From Spirochaetia bacterium (lineage in GTDB: Bacteria; Spirochaetota; Spirochaetia; SZUA-6; Bin103): a stretch of 64,000 bases of DNA. Position 1 is the first letter of the stretch, and each line of letters begins with the position of its first letter. Shown piece by piece: positions 40,501 through 48,853 of this stretch. Position numbers and translations under genes: made by a program. The stretch is from NCBI GenBank assembly GCA_965198005.1, contig CBDAOI010000003.1, positions 1 through 64,000 of the forward strand. Direction: 5' to 3'. The notes under the pieces were generated by a model. The model worked only from the letters and a program-made list of their open reading frames with translations. It did no database searches and was not told where the DNA came from.

Positions 40501-43059
40501 GCTCAGCAAGCCCATATCGCTCTCGGGCACACCGTCGCGAATTGCCTTTTCGACAATGGACTCCGCGCCAAAGCTCTCGCCAGATTTCATTTCCGGCCGG
40601 AGGCGTACCAGTAGTTGCTTCGACGCCAACAAGACGGCAAGATACAGGTCCTCAAGATTCAGATGCTCTGCGAGCTCCGGTACGCGCTGAAGCCGACGAT
40701 AGCCCCACGCAATAAGCGGACGAAGGGAATCGCGAACAGAATACAATTGCAAGTTCGGCGCGAGCCGCGCAGCGACCTGACGCGAATCGGAGAAGGTCAG
40801 GACCTTGCGCCCCTGTAACGGAGCGAAGCTGCTCGCCTCCACCGGAGCCGGCGGTTGAATCTGAATCTGACGAGCGACGAGCGCCTGGAATGGTTGATCG
40901 CCCCTCGTCTGATGATCCTGAACATAAGAACGGCCGAATCGGGCTGTCTTTCCGCAGACCGCACAGGGCGCGAACTGCCCACGTGTCGCGATTCCTGCGG
41001 GTGTTTGGTCGTCTTCGTCTACAGCGTCGGACACTCGGTCACTGCGAACATAGACCGTTCGTGTACGCGGACCCAGTGTCTCAGGGTTGAGGCGACCCGT
41101 CTCGAGGTCGTAGTCGGCAGGTTCAGCGACATCGTCGAGAACCGGCGGTTCGAGAAGCAAGTCGAGGGGTAAGAGCGGACTCGTCTCCCCACCGGTTGAG
41201 CGAAGGCGCTGTCCCGCTTCGGACCATAAGGCTGCCGGAACATCGACGTCGTCTGTATACGCCCTGGCATAGGCTGTGCCGCAATTACGGCACGTGTACA
41301 GTTCCAGCACCCGGGCGCCACACCCGCACAGCTCACGCGGCTGGCTATACATCGTCCCGCATATATCATTCTTCTCACCGTCGTCGATCTCACGGCAATC
41401 GCGATCCATGCAGACCCACAGGCCCGGAAGCCCGCGGAAAAAATTATGGATCCTGCACGGCAGAAGGCCAGGGGTGTTGGGCTCAAGGCGCGCCGAGCTT
41501 CCGAGGGCCATTAGAGCGGTCACCGCAGCACTAGCCCTCTCAGGAGTTGCGCTCGGGAAAATGATGGGGCCGACCTCCGCAACTTGCAGAGCTTGCTCCA
41601 TGGTTAGATTCACGAGCATACCCAGCGGATCGAAATCTGCCAACGCATAATAGAGTGCCGCCTCCGATGTGAAGTTGCCCCTCACACCACGGTAATCGAG
41701 AAGCGGTTGTAGTGCCGAAATGCGTTCCGAATCGGTGCTGGCCCCATAGTATTTCTGGATATCGACAGAAGCGAGGACGTCGGCGGCATGATCCGATCCC
41801 GGAGCGGAGTGAGGATTCTTATCGAGAGAGCTGGTAATGGAAACAAAACTCTCGGCTGGTAAACCCGAGAGCTGAGCGCCGAACTGCGGGGCATAGTTGG
41901 CATCCTTGAAACTCGCTGTGGCGCATATAACCTGGAACCGCTCTGCCGCGATTCCCAACCGGTCCCGCAGTCGCCGCAGAAGAAGCCCGACCTCGGCACC
42001 GGCGGCACCCCTGTAAAGGTGGGCCTCATCCAAAACGACGAGGAACTTCTCCCCCTTGTTGCTCTCAAGCCACTTGCGCGTCTTGTCGAAGATGGGACGT
42101 TCGATCGGGCGCATTAGCATGTATTCAAGCATCGAGTAGTTTGTCAATAGGAGATCCGGCGGGGAGACCTGGACCTCCTGGCGCGTTAGTAGCTCAGAGT
42201 CGTCCGGAAGTGTAACAGCTCTGAGGAAGTCGCCGGACTTCGAGTCTTGCCACCTGCTGCCCTTTACACCGAGCCAAGCCGCGAGATCGGGCTTGGCAGG
42301 CCACTTTCCCCGCTCCTTTAGAGCCTTCAGTAGCTCCTGCGCTTCTTCCTTGTCGTCGGGATCGCCCGTCCGGGCGCGACGCTGGAGGTCCGCATAGAAG
42401 TCGCCGAACGCTTTGAGCTTTACCGAATCCTTTTTCGTAGTGCGGACACCTGCGTATGGTGTCCTGCTTGTGTAGCGGGCAAAACGCGGAGGGCGCCCGC
42501 CCCATCCCTTGAACAGCTCCACGATCCGCGGATCACCGAACATGGCCCTCAACCTCCCAAGCTGGTCGTTCACGAGCGCATTCATGGGATACAGAATGAG
42601 CGCACGCATGGCCGGTTGTTGGCGAAACGTGTCGGATCTGGTATTGGCTTCCATACTCAGTTTTCCGAGGATCGTCAGTAGGAAGCATTCGGTTTTTCCG
42701 GAGCCAGTTCCCGTCATGATGACGAGATTCTTGCCATTGATGAGGCTGCCATGGATGGCATCCCACTGATGTTGGTAGGGAGGATCGTAGACAAGGCGCG
42801 GCAGGTCCCCGACGGGTTCTGAAATCGCCAAGTATGTCTCACGAGCTGCCGGAGGCAGTCCTATCATGGCGGCGAATCCAGCACTCGTCTGATACCGCGG
42901 AGTCGATTCCAAGTAGGGCACTTGGTAGACAACGCCCGGACGATTAAGCAGTTCCTTTCGTTGCGCTATAAGTGTCGCATCGCTGATATGATAGGTGGCC
43001 TCAATATAGTCACAGAGTGCGCGATGAAGCTGCTCGATCGACTCCTGTATTGTCTGCAT
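37504..43059 (-). CDS. druE: Druantia DruE-like DEAD/DEAH helicase with DUF1998 (1851 aa from MQTIQ)
   Basis: TGTGSGKTECF, YPMNALVNDQ, TNYSMLEY, DEAH, TTTMEVGID, QRSGRAGRR, YDTLPGGAGF, CDTSCYRCL; AGGAG RBS before ATG 43059. Confidence 0.9.
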   Translation of the reverse strand: MQTIQESIEQLHRALCDYIEATYHISDATLIAQRKELLNRPGVVYQVPYLESTPRYQTSAGFAAMIGLPPAARETYLAISEPVGDLPRLVYDPPYQHQWDAIHGSLINGKNLVIMTGTGSGKTECFLLTILGKLSMEANTRSDTFRQQPAMRALILYPMNALVNDQLGRLRAMFGDPRIVELFKGWGGRPPRFARYTSRTPYAGVRTTKKDSVKLKAFGDFYADLQRRARTGDPDDKEEAQELLKALKERGKWPAKPDLAAWLGVKGSRWQDSKSGDFLRAVTLPDDSELLTRQEVQVSPPDLLLTNYSMLEYMLMRPIERPIFDKTRKWLESNKGEKFLVVLDEAHLYRGAAGAEVGLLLRRLRDRLGIAAERFQVICATASFKDANYAPQFGAQLSGLPAESFVSITSSLDKNPHSAPGSDHAADVLASVDIQKYYGASTDSERISALQPLLDYRGVRGNFTSEAALYYALADFDPLGMLVNLTMEQALQVAEVGPIIFPSATPERASAAVTALMALGSSARLEPNTPGLLPCRIHNFFRGLPGLWVCMDRDCREIDDGEKNDICGTMYSQPRELCGCGARVLELYTCRNCGTAYARAYTDDVDVPAALWSEAGQRLRSTGGETSPLLPLDLLLEPPVLDDVAEPADYDLETGRLNPETLGPRTRTVYVRSDRVSDAVDEDDQTPAGIATRGQFAPCAVCGKTARFGRSYVQDHQTRGDQPFQALVARQIQIQPPAPVEASSFAPLQGRKVLTFSDSRQVAARLAPNLQLYSVRDSLRPLIAWGYRRLQRVPELAEHLNLEDLYLAVLLASKQLLVRLRPEMKSGESFGAESIVEKAIRDGVPESDMGLLSLCLELRNERPPEALLDNIVTTVQDRFLGFEALALASIAERSKHTAQLERLPTIPGVVESVEAKVALARAWLRCWQSHGFWLSAMPPVWWRRPRSEGTSIRGQKGKFKAMGIVLADKAAHGMFWSRWSPALLSLFTQDSDGGFKRLKGSELTLLFDGTWVHCASCTSVHRPVPGLWYCLDCGSQKVTSIDPDLDAVFLARKGFYRRPVMEALDNPPRQPMALIAAEHTAQLNAPQNEDVFSKAEENELLFQDIALDREGSKSNAIDVLSSTTTMEVGIDIGTLSGVALRNMPPSRANYQQRSGRAGRRGNAVATVVAFGSADSHDEHYFSEPEGMIRGDVVDPKLTLDNCEIVRRHIRAFLLQNYHQHRLPEIDPDQRHDLFSVLGTVSEFRNGTSILNRDDFGVWLTEHEGHLQERVLSWIPEELSKDDREHLLENMKDECLKAIDDAIQSDSEGVWLKEETGDGTGTEVPSEQDEERPQQASDPGKLLDRLLYCGILPRYAFPTDVATFHVFDRDRSSRFRPIMRFAPSQGLPIALTQYAPGKQVWISGKCYTSGAIYSVMSDDRFAAWDSRRIYMECSNCGFARTFSISEANRKETRDCEACGGEEAFGPGRYWLRPPGFAHPIDMEEVTSPEDMPETSYATRAKLTMGTPDDEAGWTTINDRIRVLRARQHLLVSNTGPNRAGYNYCVKCGRIESSTSHDSKLIGAHRKPYPDDDDKLICDGDGTTRHLVLGADFITDIALFSMCVAPPLTLKPGHTSTSVALRTVSEALAKAACDLLEIEPGEMMAEYRPALTPAGKSGLEAEIFLYDTLPGGAGFSSELADYGVELFQRALTLMNGCREKCDTSCYRCLRSFKNKFEHSLLDRHVGVELLEYLLEGEPPRFAPERLRTSTELLFHDLQRQTAQEPKFELGVSASTNTTGTIVAPILVRTSAGGKYIISLSGPLTPDHPADPAIADYRAGGGNIPVIVENELVVRGNLPAATLSVLQKIGVQDP

Positions 43060-43073
43060 TATTGCTCCTAATC

Positions 43074-44159
43074 CTAATCCGCCAAACGCGAGAGCCAAAC
43101 CCTCTCCTGAAGAAACCGCTCCTCCGTTTCGGACTCCATCACAGGTAGGCAGTACGACAGGAGGCTGTTCTCCCGCGGTACGACACGTCCGAAGACCATG
43201 AGACGCCGCTGCGACCACTTCGGTAGAGGAGAAAAGAAATCCAAGTGTATGCCGTCTGCGGCATCCCGCCGACGATAGAGCTGTGGCTTATTGAGGCAAC
43301 AGTCTATCGCCATTTGCAGATGCCAAGCCACATCGCAACCCCGCCATCGCGTCGTCTCGAAAGGCAAATCCAGCAGCCGGACAACTGATCCCTCCTCAAT
43401 AGCGGCGAAACACCAAATGGGCGGGCCGAATTCCTGTGGCCGTCTTGCGACGAAGACACCAGTCTGCCGTTTGAGTGTCGTCCATCGTCCAGGGTAGTAC
43501 GTGACAGGCTGCATCGGATCGAGAATTCGAAGCTCGCTTACAGCACCGCTTCGCGGCTGGGCTGCGAGCTGCGCTCTAACGCGTTCAAGCATGTTCTCGG
43601 CCGATTCGGATTTCGGACTTCTCATCCAGGCCCTGTCGGACATCTGCTGCAAGCCATGCTCGCGCAGTTCGGTGGGCAGCTCTTCATCCTGCGACGATGC
43701 GATGACGCGTGTGCAACCTTCGTAAGTGATGCGCGATGCCACGGAATGCGGCAGAAAGGAGTCCTGATCGGGAACGATTCCAAGAAGGAAAATGCTGCCG
43801 CTCGGGCGGACAACGAAGCTCGGAGGGGCCGCGAAGATCCAGGTTCCCTTGACCGACGGATCGTCCGTAGCGACATCGTTTAGTTCGAGGAGATCTCCGC
43901 CCACAATAAGGCCCTCGATAACCTCGTCCACGCGCTCAGGCAGTAGCGTCTCGTCGTTCGACAAGTATTGGAGGGACTCGAGTAGCGAGACGCGCAGCGT
44001 AGTGCGAGAACACGGGCAGTAGATGCCTGCACTCCGTCGAAGCATACCCGCTAGAAACACATCGTCGACAGGATCATGAGAATTCCCCGACAGACCAATC
44101 GTCTGCCTACTTTCCGAAAGCACATCATGCGGATCTATCTTGGTGATCACCACTTCCAC
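43074..44159 (-). CDS. druD: Druantia DruD-like protein (361 aa)
   Basis: Size and position immediately upstream of druE in a coupled operon; assigned by synteny only. Confidence 0.6.
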   Translation of the reverse strand: MEVVITKIDPHDVLSESRQTIGLSGNSHDPVDDVFLAGMLRRSAGIYCPCSRTTLRVSLLESLQYLSNDETLLPERVDEVIEGLIVGGDLLELNDVATDDPSVKGTWIFAAPPSFVVRPSGSIFLLGIVPDQDSFLPHSVASRITYEGCTRVIASSQDEELPTELREHGLQQMSDRAWMRSPKSESAENMLERVRAQLAAQPRSGAVSELRILDPMQPVTYYPGRWTTLKRQTGVFVARRPQEFGPPIWCFAAIEEGSVVRLLDLPFETTRWRGCDVAWHLQMAIDCCLNKPQLYRRRDAADGIHLDFFSPLPKWSQRRLMVFGRVVPRENSLLSYCLPVMESETEERFLQERVWLSRLAD

Positions 44160-47116
44160 CTCGGCAGTATACTGAATGATCCATTGGGCACGTTGTTGGC
44201 GCTCAAGAGCGCCAGCAGCCGGGCACCCCGCAGAATGGCCGGGGTCTCTCCGACCTTACGGAGAAGGGCGTCCAGCCTCGATCCGTACACACTCGACACG
44301 CGATGTGGCTGACTGGCCAGCCGGAGGGAAAAGTCGCACAGCTCCCTGTTCGTGCAGATACGGTACTGGCTCGCCAAGTCTGCATACCACTGCGAAGCCC
44401 GGGTCATGTCGCCATCCATCTTCACGTGATCGCGGCGCAACGCAGCAGCATAGTTTGGTCTTATTGCGACGGCTCGCTCCACAGATTGCTGCAGCTCTTC
44501 AACAGCCTTTCGCGAGACTCGGTTACTTCTGAAAGCATCCTCCACTCTTGCCCAGCGTTCGCCACATAACCTCAGATAGACTGCACGAACGTAGCCGTTC
44601 ATCAACTGCTCATGCCTGGCGTTGGCTACGAACCCGAACCGACGAGCGTCCTGCCACAGCGCAAGTAGATGCAACGCATCTGCCACCGTGACGGAACCAT
44701 CCTGAAGCTCAGAGAAGGTAGGTCGGATACCTAGGCCTTCTAGTCCCCGCGTGCTCACATTGCTGACCATCAACGTGTCGGAATGATGTTTGATCAGTAT
44801 CGCACTATCGTGTCCGGAACGCCCTCGGTCCGGACCATGGATTCCCGGATCACCCATCCGTACAGTGTGCTTAGCAATAAAGAGTCCCCCAGGAGGTTCG
44901 TCAACCGACATTCCTGTTAGCGCTTCTTGGACGGTCAGTCGCTTGCCGCGAAGAGGCCGATCCATGCTAAAGAACCGAACGTTCGGCTCAGACTCTTCGT
45001 GTCCCGTGTCGTCGATCAGCCGGACGACGATCCTATCACGATCGCCGTGCACTACCCAGCGTACGGGAGGAGACCGACGTTCAAATCGAAAGAGACATTC
45101 CCCGAGTTCCTCTCCTGCGATCAGCAGCTGCCCACTAGTTGCCTCGAGATATGCAGCGGTACACTTCTCGTCATTCAAGAATCGATTGAACCTCGAACGC
45201 CAAGCATCGGGCTTGATCGGTAGTCTCATGCGTCCGCCGATCTGCTCTGAGAAAAGCTCTTGACGGTCGTTCCCTTGGAGTGAGACGGAAAGAGATACGG
45301 AGTGACTCTCTGGACCGAATACTGATAAGGTTACTTCGTTCCTCCAAAAAGTATCGAGATCAGCGTGTTCCGGGTCGAGACTCACAATCAAGGCTCGATG
45401 AGAGACGAATCCGGGGGTCCAAGCCTCGGGCTCTCGCACGTTAACCTCAATGAACCCTTCTGCCGCAGGCGTTTGTACGATCGAATCCAAAGAAGCACTT
45501 CTGCGAGCCTTTATCGTAAGCAGGTGCTTCCCTACGGTGAGTGGCAAAATACGTACAAAAACCGGCTGGCCTACCTCTCCTGCTGCAATAACTGTCTCTA
45601 CGCCGTCATCTATTCTGAGTGCATACGTGTCTACGGGGTGATCGTGCACTATTCCGAAGCAGGGTGCCTCTGTGGTCAGCCACTCACTGTTACCTTCCCC
45701 ATCCCAGTTGCGGGCGGGAAGTCCTGCCGCCCAGACCCGAATCGTACGCGCCACTTGCAAGCCAAGTTGGTTCAGCCACCGAGTATCATCTACGGATACC
45801 TCCGAAGGTATCAGAAGACGAAAGGACCTTATCCCGGCACAATCGATCCTGCATGTGCTGATGCCGACGTGAGGTTCTGGAGACTCTCCTGTTGTGAGAA
45901 CGATGTAGCTAAAGCCAGGGCGAACGACACGACCAATGATCTCACGGGCGGTGCCGTCTCCCGCGACCCGGAACAACCAGATCGGACCAGGACTGAGACG
46001 GCATTCGGTCTCCAGAAGATTATCGATTACACCTTGGGACCGATCAAACTGTATAAGCGGCTTTGTCAAATCAGGCCAGGATCTCAGAATGCCCTTTCTA
46101 TTGCCCGAGAGAATCCACCCCGCCGGCTTAATGTCATCGGCACCGTTGAGACAGCATCGAGTGGACTTCAGGAAGGTATGAATATCAGGGCTCAATGTCG
46201 CGACGTCTCTAAATGACGGAATCTCCATGCGGACAGACCAAGTACCAGCGCCCCTATGGCCCAACACGACACTCGGTCGAATACGAAACGGCGCCGCTTC
46301 CAGCGCCTCCTGGAGCGCTCGCTGAGGAAACCACAGTCTTCCGCGTGGCCCGGCACCACGACCAATTCCGACAAAGCGATCAGTGACAACTTGTCGCGTC
46401 TCTTTCAGCCACGTGCGTGCACTTCTAACCTCCTCCATATTATGGACAATACGCTTAAGCGTGGGCTGATAAATTCCTGATGGTGCGTCCGTTTCAGCCG
46501 GTGTCGAATCGAGGAGCGATAGTACAATTCGCCCTATTAGATCCTCTTGCTGAAGAAACTCCTGGAAGCGTAACGACGTGTGGCGCTCGTTACTGGCTAG
46601 TAATCGCCCAATCGCTGTTGGAGCTCGCGTCTCTAAACCCGCAAGACGAAATCGTAGATGGTAGAGGGCTCGGGCAAGCTGCTCCTGGAGATAACGAGGC
46701 ACAATCGCATGCGTAATTGGCCACGCAATTATTCTGAAATGATCGGCCCACGGACCGGACGGTACTACTGCTTCATAGGCCTTCTGAAACTTTCTGAACC
46801 ACGGCACGAGTCGGTAGCGGTCCCTATACTCCCACTCCGGCGTCTGCTTCTCAAACGACGCCCAGTACTCGTCTCCACTATAGGAGTATCCGCGCTCTGT
46901 CGCATAGATCACCCAGAGAAGCCAGTGCCGTGAAGATACCTCGAATCTAAGCTCTGACCGAATCAGCGACGAGAGTTCATTCAATTCTACGCTATTCAGA
47001 CCATGCTCTAAGGCAAATATAGGCTGCCCGATTCCTGCACGAATACGTGCAAGCGACTCAAAGTGCCGCTCAAGCCGTTCCTGCCATGCGTCAGGAGTCC
47101 TCGCCGTCGCTAACAT
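44147..47116 (-). CDS. Druantia-associated 989-aa protein occupying the druB/druC position
   Basis: Overlaps both neighbours; lies between druA and the druD-like gene. Confidence 0.55.
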   Translation of the reverse strand: MLATARTPDAWQERLERHFESLARIRAGIGQPIFALEHGLNSVELNELSSLIRSELRFEVSSRHWLLWVIYATERGYSYSGDEYWASFEKQTPEWEYRDRYRLVPWFRKFQKAYEAVVPSGPWADHFRIIAWPITHAIVPRYLQEQLARALYHLRFRLAGLETRAPTAIGRLLASNERHTSLRFQEFLQQEDLIGRIVLSLLDSTPAETDAPSGIYQPTLKRIVHNMEEVRSARTWLKETRQVVTDRFVGIGRGAGPRGRLWFPQRALQEALEAAPFRIRPSVVLGHRGAGTWSVRMEIPSFRDVATLSPDIHTFLKSTRCCLNGADDIKPAGWILSGNRKGILRSWPDLTKPLIQFDRSQGVIDNLLETECRLSPGPIWLFRVAGDGTAREIIGRVVRPGFSYIVLTTGESPEPHVGISTCRIDCAGIRSFRLLIPSEVSVDDTRWLNQLGLQVARTIRVWAAGLPARNWDGEGNSEWLTTEAPCFGIVHDHPVDTYALRIDDGVETVIAAGEVGQPVFVRILPLTVGKHLLTIKARRSASLDSIVQTPAAEGFIEVNVREPEAWTPGFVSHRALIVSLDPEHADLDTFWRNEVTLSVFGPESHSVSLSVSLQGNDRQELFSEQIGGRMRLPIKPDAWRSRFNRFLNDEKCTAAYLEATSGQLLIAGEELGECLFRFERRSPPVRWVVHGDRDRIVVRLIDDTGHEESEPNVRFFSMDRPLRGKRLTVQEALTGMSVDEPPGGLFIAKHTVRMGDPGIHGPDRGRSGHDSAILIKHHSDTLMVSNVSTRGLEGLGIRPTFSELQDGSVTVADALHLLALWQDARRFGFVANARHEQLMNGYVRAVYLRLCGERWARVEDAFRSNRVSRKAVEELQQSVERAVAIRPNYAAALRRDHVKMDGDMTRASQWYADLASQYRICTNRELCDFSLRLASQPHRVSSVYGSRLDALLRKVGETPAILRGARLLALLSANNVPNGSFSILPRWKW

Positions 47117-48363
47117 GCTCCAGTCTCGTATCCTCCTGCTTCGCTCGCGTTCATCGCATCAGTTTGTATGGTCCGACCATGCTTCTCAATAACGTCCATT
47201 AGGTCATCACGCGTCCATTGCTGATATTCAAGTCTCCGTCGAGAACGTGGAAGTATCCAACGCTCAAGCGCCAGATCAGCGACCTCACTGACATCCAGAA
47301 GTGATGAAAGATCCGGACTGCCTGTGCCCGTAAGAAGCATCTTCGTCGCGTTGGATGCAAGCAAGGAGATAAAGACTTCTCTTTGAATACCGTGACGAAG
47401 CAAGTCGTCATTGAAGCCCAGCTCCTCCAAAGCCGCACGGGTTGTGCGGAGCCGCCAGTTCGGCCCTTGTCCAAATTGGTGGAGATCTGCGTACGGATGT
47501 CCAATTCGACGAAGGTAGTCACGCAGCTCTGCAAACAGCTCGTCAGGGATGTGAAAGTGTCCCCATCCGTTTGTGTAACCGATAGAACGAAAGTAATAGG
47601 CGCCGTCCAATCTTAGTCGGTTGTAAACCGAAGATCGGCCCAGTGCAGATGTCGTAGTCACAGCAAGAAGCCGTGCATTCTTCTGTTTCCGGGAAATAAT
47701 ACCCGTCGTCTTGCCGTATGTATGCTCAAAGTCTTCATATACGTTACGAGTGCGGATAAGGCACGCCACCATTTTCCCGCCAAGCAAAAAGCTATATGGT
47801 GGTAGAGATCCTAAGACATAGGCGTCCATAATGTTAACAAGACGCGCTCGTCTACCGTGCACGTCCCAACCGATCATGCTATCGCGCACCGAGAGATTGA
47901 AGACCGGATCCCCGATCGCAATTAGTCCGATTATTTTGCCATTATTCTTGTCCCATACAAGATATCGCAGGCGTCTACCAAATCCGCTTGATACTGGAAC
48001 TGACCAGGTGAGGGACGCCATTCTAAAGAGATCTGACTGCCATGTCCCTGCGAGAATCCTCTCAAGGACAGGCGATATTTTGGTCGGCTCGACCTCGCTC
48101 CCTGTTGCAAAATACTTGATTAGTCTTGGGACACGGTGTGATAGAAAATCACAGTTTCTGTTCTGACGGTCAAGCCGTTGTGAGCTATGAAGCGCGCGAA
48201 TATTGTCTTTCGTACAACTATTGACTCTAAGGGAACCATCTGCTGATCTCTCAAATCCAAGCGTATGGAGATGACCACGTATCTTTCTCTTAAGGGTGGC
48301 CTCGCGGAACGTGACGTGAATCACTGGGTGACTGATCTGCGTCATACTATGGCTCTCAGTCAC
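47110..48363 (-). CDS. druA: Druantia DruA (DUF4338)
   Basis: GRRLRYLVWD, GDPVFNLSVRDSMIGW, MDAYVLGSLPPYSFLLGGKMVA, TTTSALGRSSVYNRL. Confidence 0.88.
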   Translation of the reverse strand: MTESHSMTQISHPVIHVTFREATLKRKIRGHLHTLGFERSADGSLRVNSCTKDNIRALHSSQRLDRQNRNCDFLSHRVPRLIKYFATGSEVEPTKISPVLERILAGTWQSDLFRMASLTWSVPVSSGFGRRLRYLVWDKNNGKIIGLIAIGDPVFNLSVRDSMIGWDVHGRRARLVNIMDAYVLGSLPPYSFLLGGKMVACLIRTRNVYEDFEHTYGKTTGIISRKQKNARLLAVTTTSALGRSSVYNRLRLDGAYYFRSIGYTNGWGHFHIPDELFAELRDYLRRIGHPYADLHQFGQGPNWRLRTTRAALEELGFNDDLLRHGIQREVFISLLASNATKMLLTGTGSPDLSSLLDVSEVADLALERWILPRSRRRLEYQQWTRDDLMDVIEKHGRTIQTDAMNASEAGGYETGAC

Positions 48364-48853
48364 CCGACAACCCCAGTTGTCTCTCGCCCCGTCGGCAAGC
48401 CTTGAGCAACTCCAGATCGGGGCGCGTTGTCTCGCCCTCCGTGGTCAGCATCGTCTTCAAGAGCCCTTCTTGTCCTATAGGAAGCGGCACGGGCTGGCGT
48501 AGTCAAGTGTTCCTCCCTTTCCTCCCTTACAAATCGTGGCCTAGCACCCCTAGCACCATATTACAGATCCCCTCCCGGTAGCCGGGCGACTCTCTTGGCG
48601 GGGCGGCTCGCCGCCCGCATTAGGCACGCTTTTGCGCGGGGGGTGGCGCCGTCCTTCTTCGGCGCTATGATTTCGTCCACGGATTCCGCCATCGTCGTCG
48701 CGTCAGCCAGGTCTGAACGGCCGCACCGCGGTGCGCGGTGCAAGGGGGCTGCTTCGCTGAGTTTGCGAGTGAACAAGGTCTCGCCGTCCAGAATTCCAAG
48801 TATACCATATCAGCGTGCTGACGCGGCAGTCACCGGTCAGTCGCCCTCGGTTG

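Noticed and set aside
43060-43218. 53-aa N-terminal extension of the helicase in the ORF track
   Set aside because: Overlaps the upstream gene; ATG 43059 has a good RBS
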